Shown piece by piece: positions 63,798-64,000 of a DNA stretch of 64,000 nucleotides. Numbering within the stretch: the stretch's first letter is position 1; every line of letters begins with the position of its first letter. This stretch comes from Botryllus schlosseri (Eukaryota), in NCBI GenBank assembly GCA_051294905.1, contig CM119378.1, forward strand, positions 5,394,001 to 5,458,000, read 5' to 3'. The notes beneath the pieces were generated by a model. It was not told where the DNA came from and ran no database searches. It saw only the letters and a list, made by a program, of their open reading frames with translations. The translations under genes and the position numbers were made by a program.

Positions 63798-64000
63798 CAG
63801 TGTTTCTCAATCTGTGGTACGCGAAGCCAATTCAGGTGGTATACGTGGTAAATGCAGCGCCGTAACTGCCGCACTCCAGACTCTCAATTAGGAGGGGGTG
63901 ATCTAGAAGCGAGAACAAAATGATTTCGCAAATGTGGGAGATTCACTACGGCTTCAAAACTCTCTTCGCGCTATGCGCGATTCACTGCAGTTAATTGTCC
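63798..64000 (+). mobile_element. Left end of a hAT-type MITE in a kelch-gene intron, truncated by the window edge
   Basis: CAGTGTTTCTCAATCTGTGGTACGCG...AGGTGGTA terminus resembling the other hAT ends. Confidence 0.5.

Overview
Eukaryotic (metazoan invertebrate) genomic DNA. It is AT-rich and CpG is not obviously depleted. Several introns are only 52-86 bp, which would fit a tunicate-like compact genome (inference only). Two spliced + strand genes were reconstructed by eye with phase-consistent GT-AG junctions. (1) A DUSP8/16-type MAP-kinase phosphatase: exons 53489-53721, 53808-53945, 54791-54950, 55020-55143 and 55962-57708, with an intact HCLAGVSRS active site and a ~560-aa S/P-rich tail. 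I could not find its rhodanese/CH2 docking domain; a JIP1-like linear D-motif exon sits there instead. (2) A kelch-repeat protein starting at 61215 (7 exons seen, runs off the window), with a young 5'-truncated L1/Tx1-type LINE (18-bp TSD) in intron 1. The ~45 kb upstream of the DUSP has no confidently identifiable gene. It is full of non-autonomous elements: several hAT-type MITE families with exact 8-bp TSDs (including a self-nested copy and a 617-bp fold-back), a tRNA-derived SINE, and an unclassified ~165-bp hairpin repeat with >=15 copies that recurs as head-to-head pairs. There is no prokaryotic-type system and no CRISPR array. Almost all short ORFs in the supplied track look spurious. 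Repeat boundaries without TSDs are approximate.
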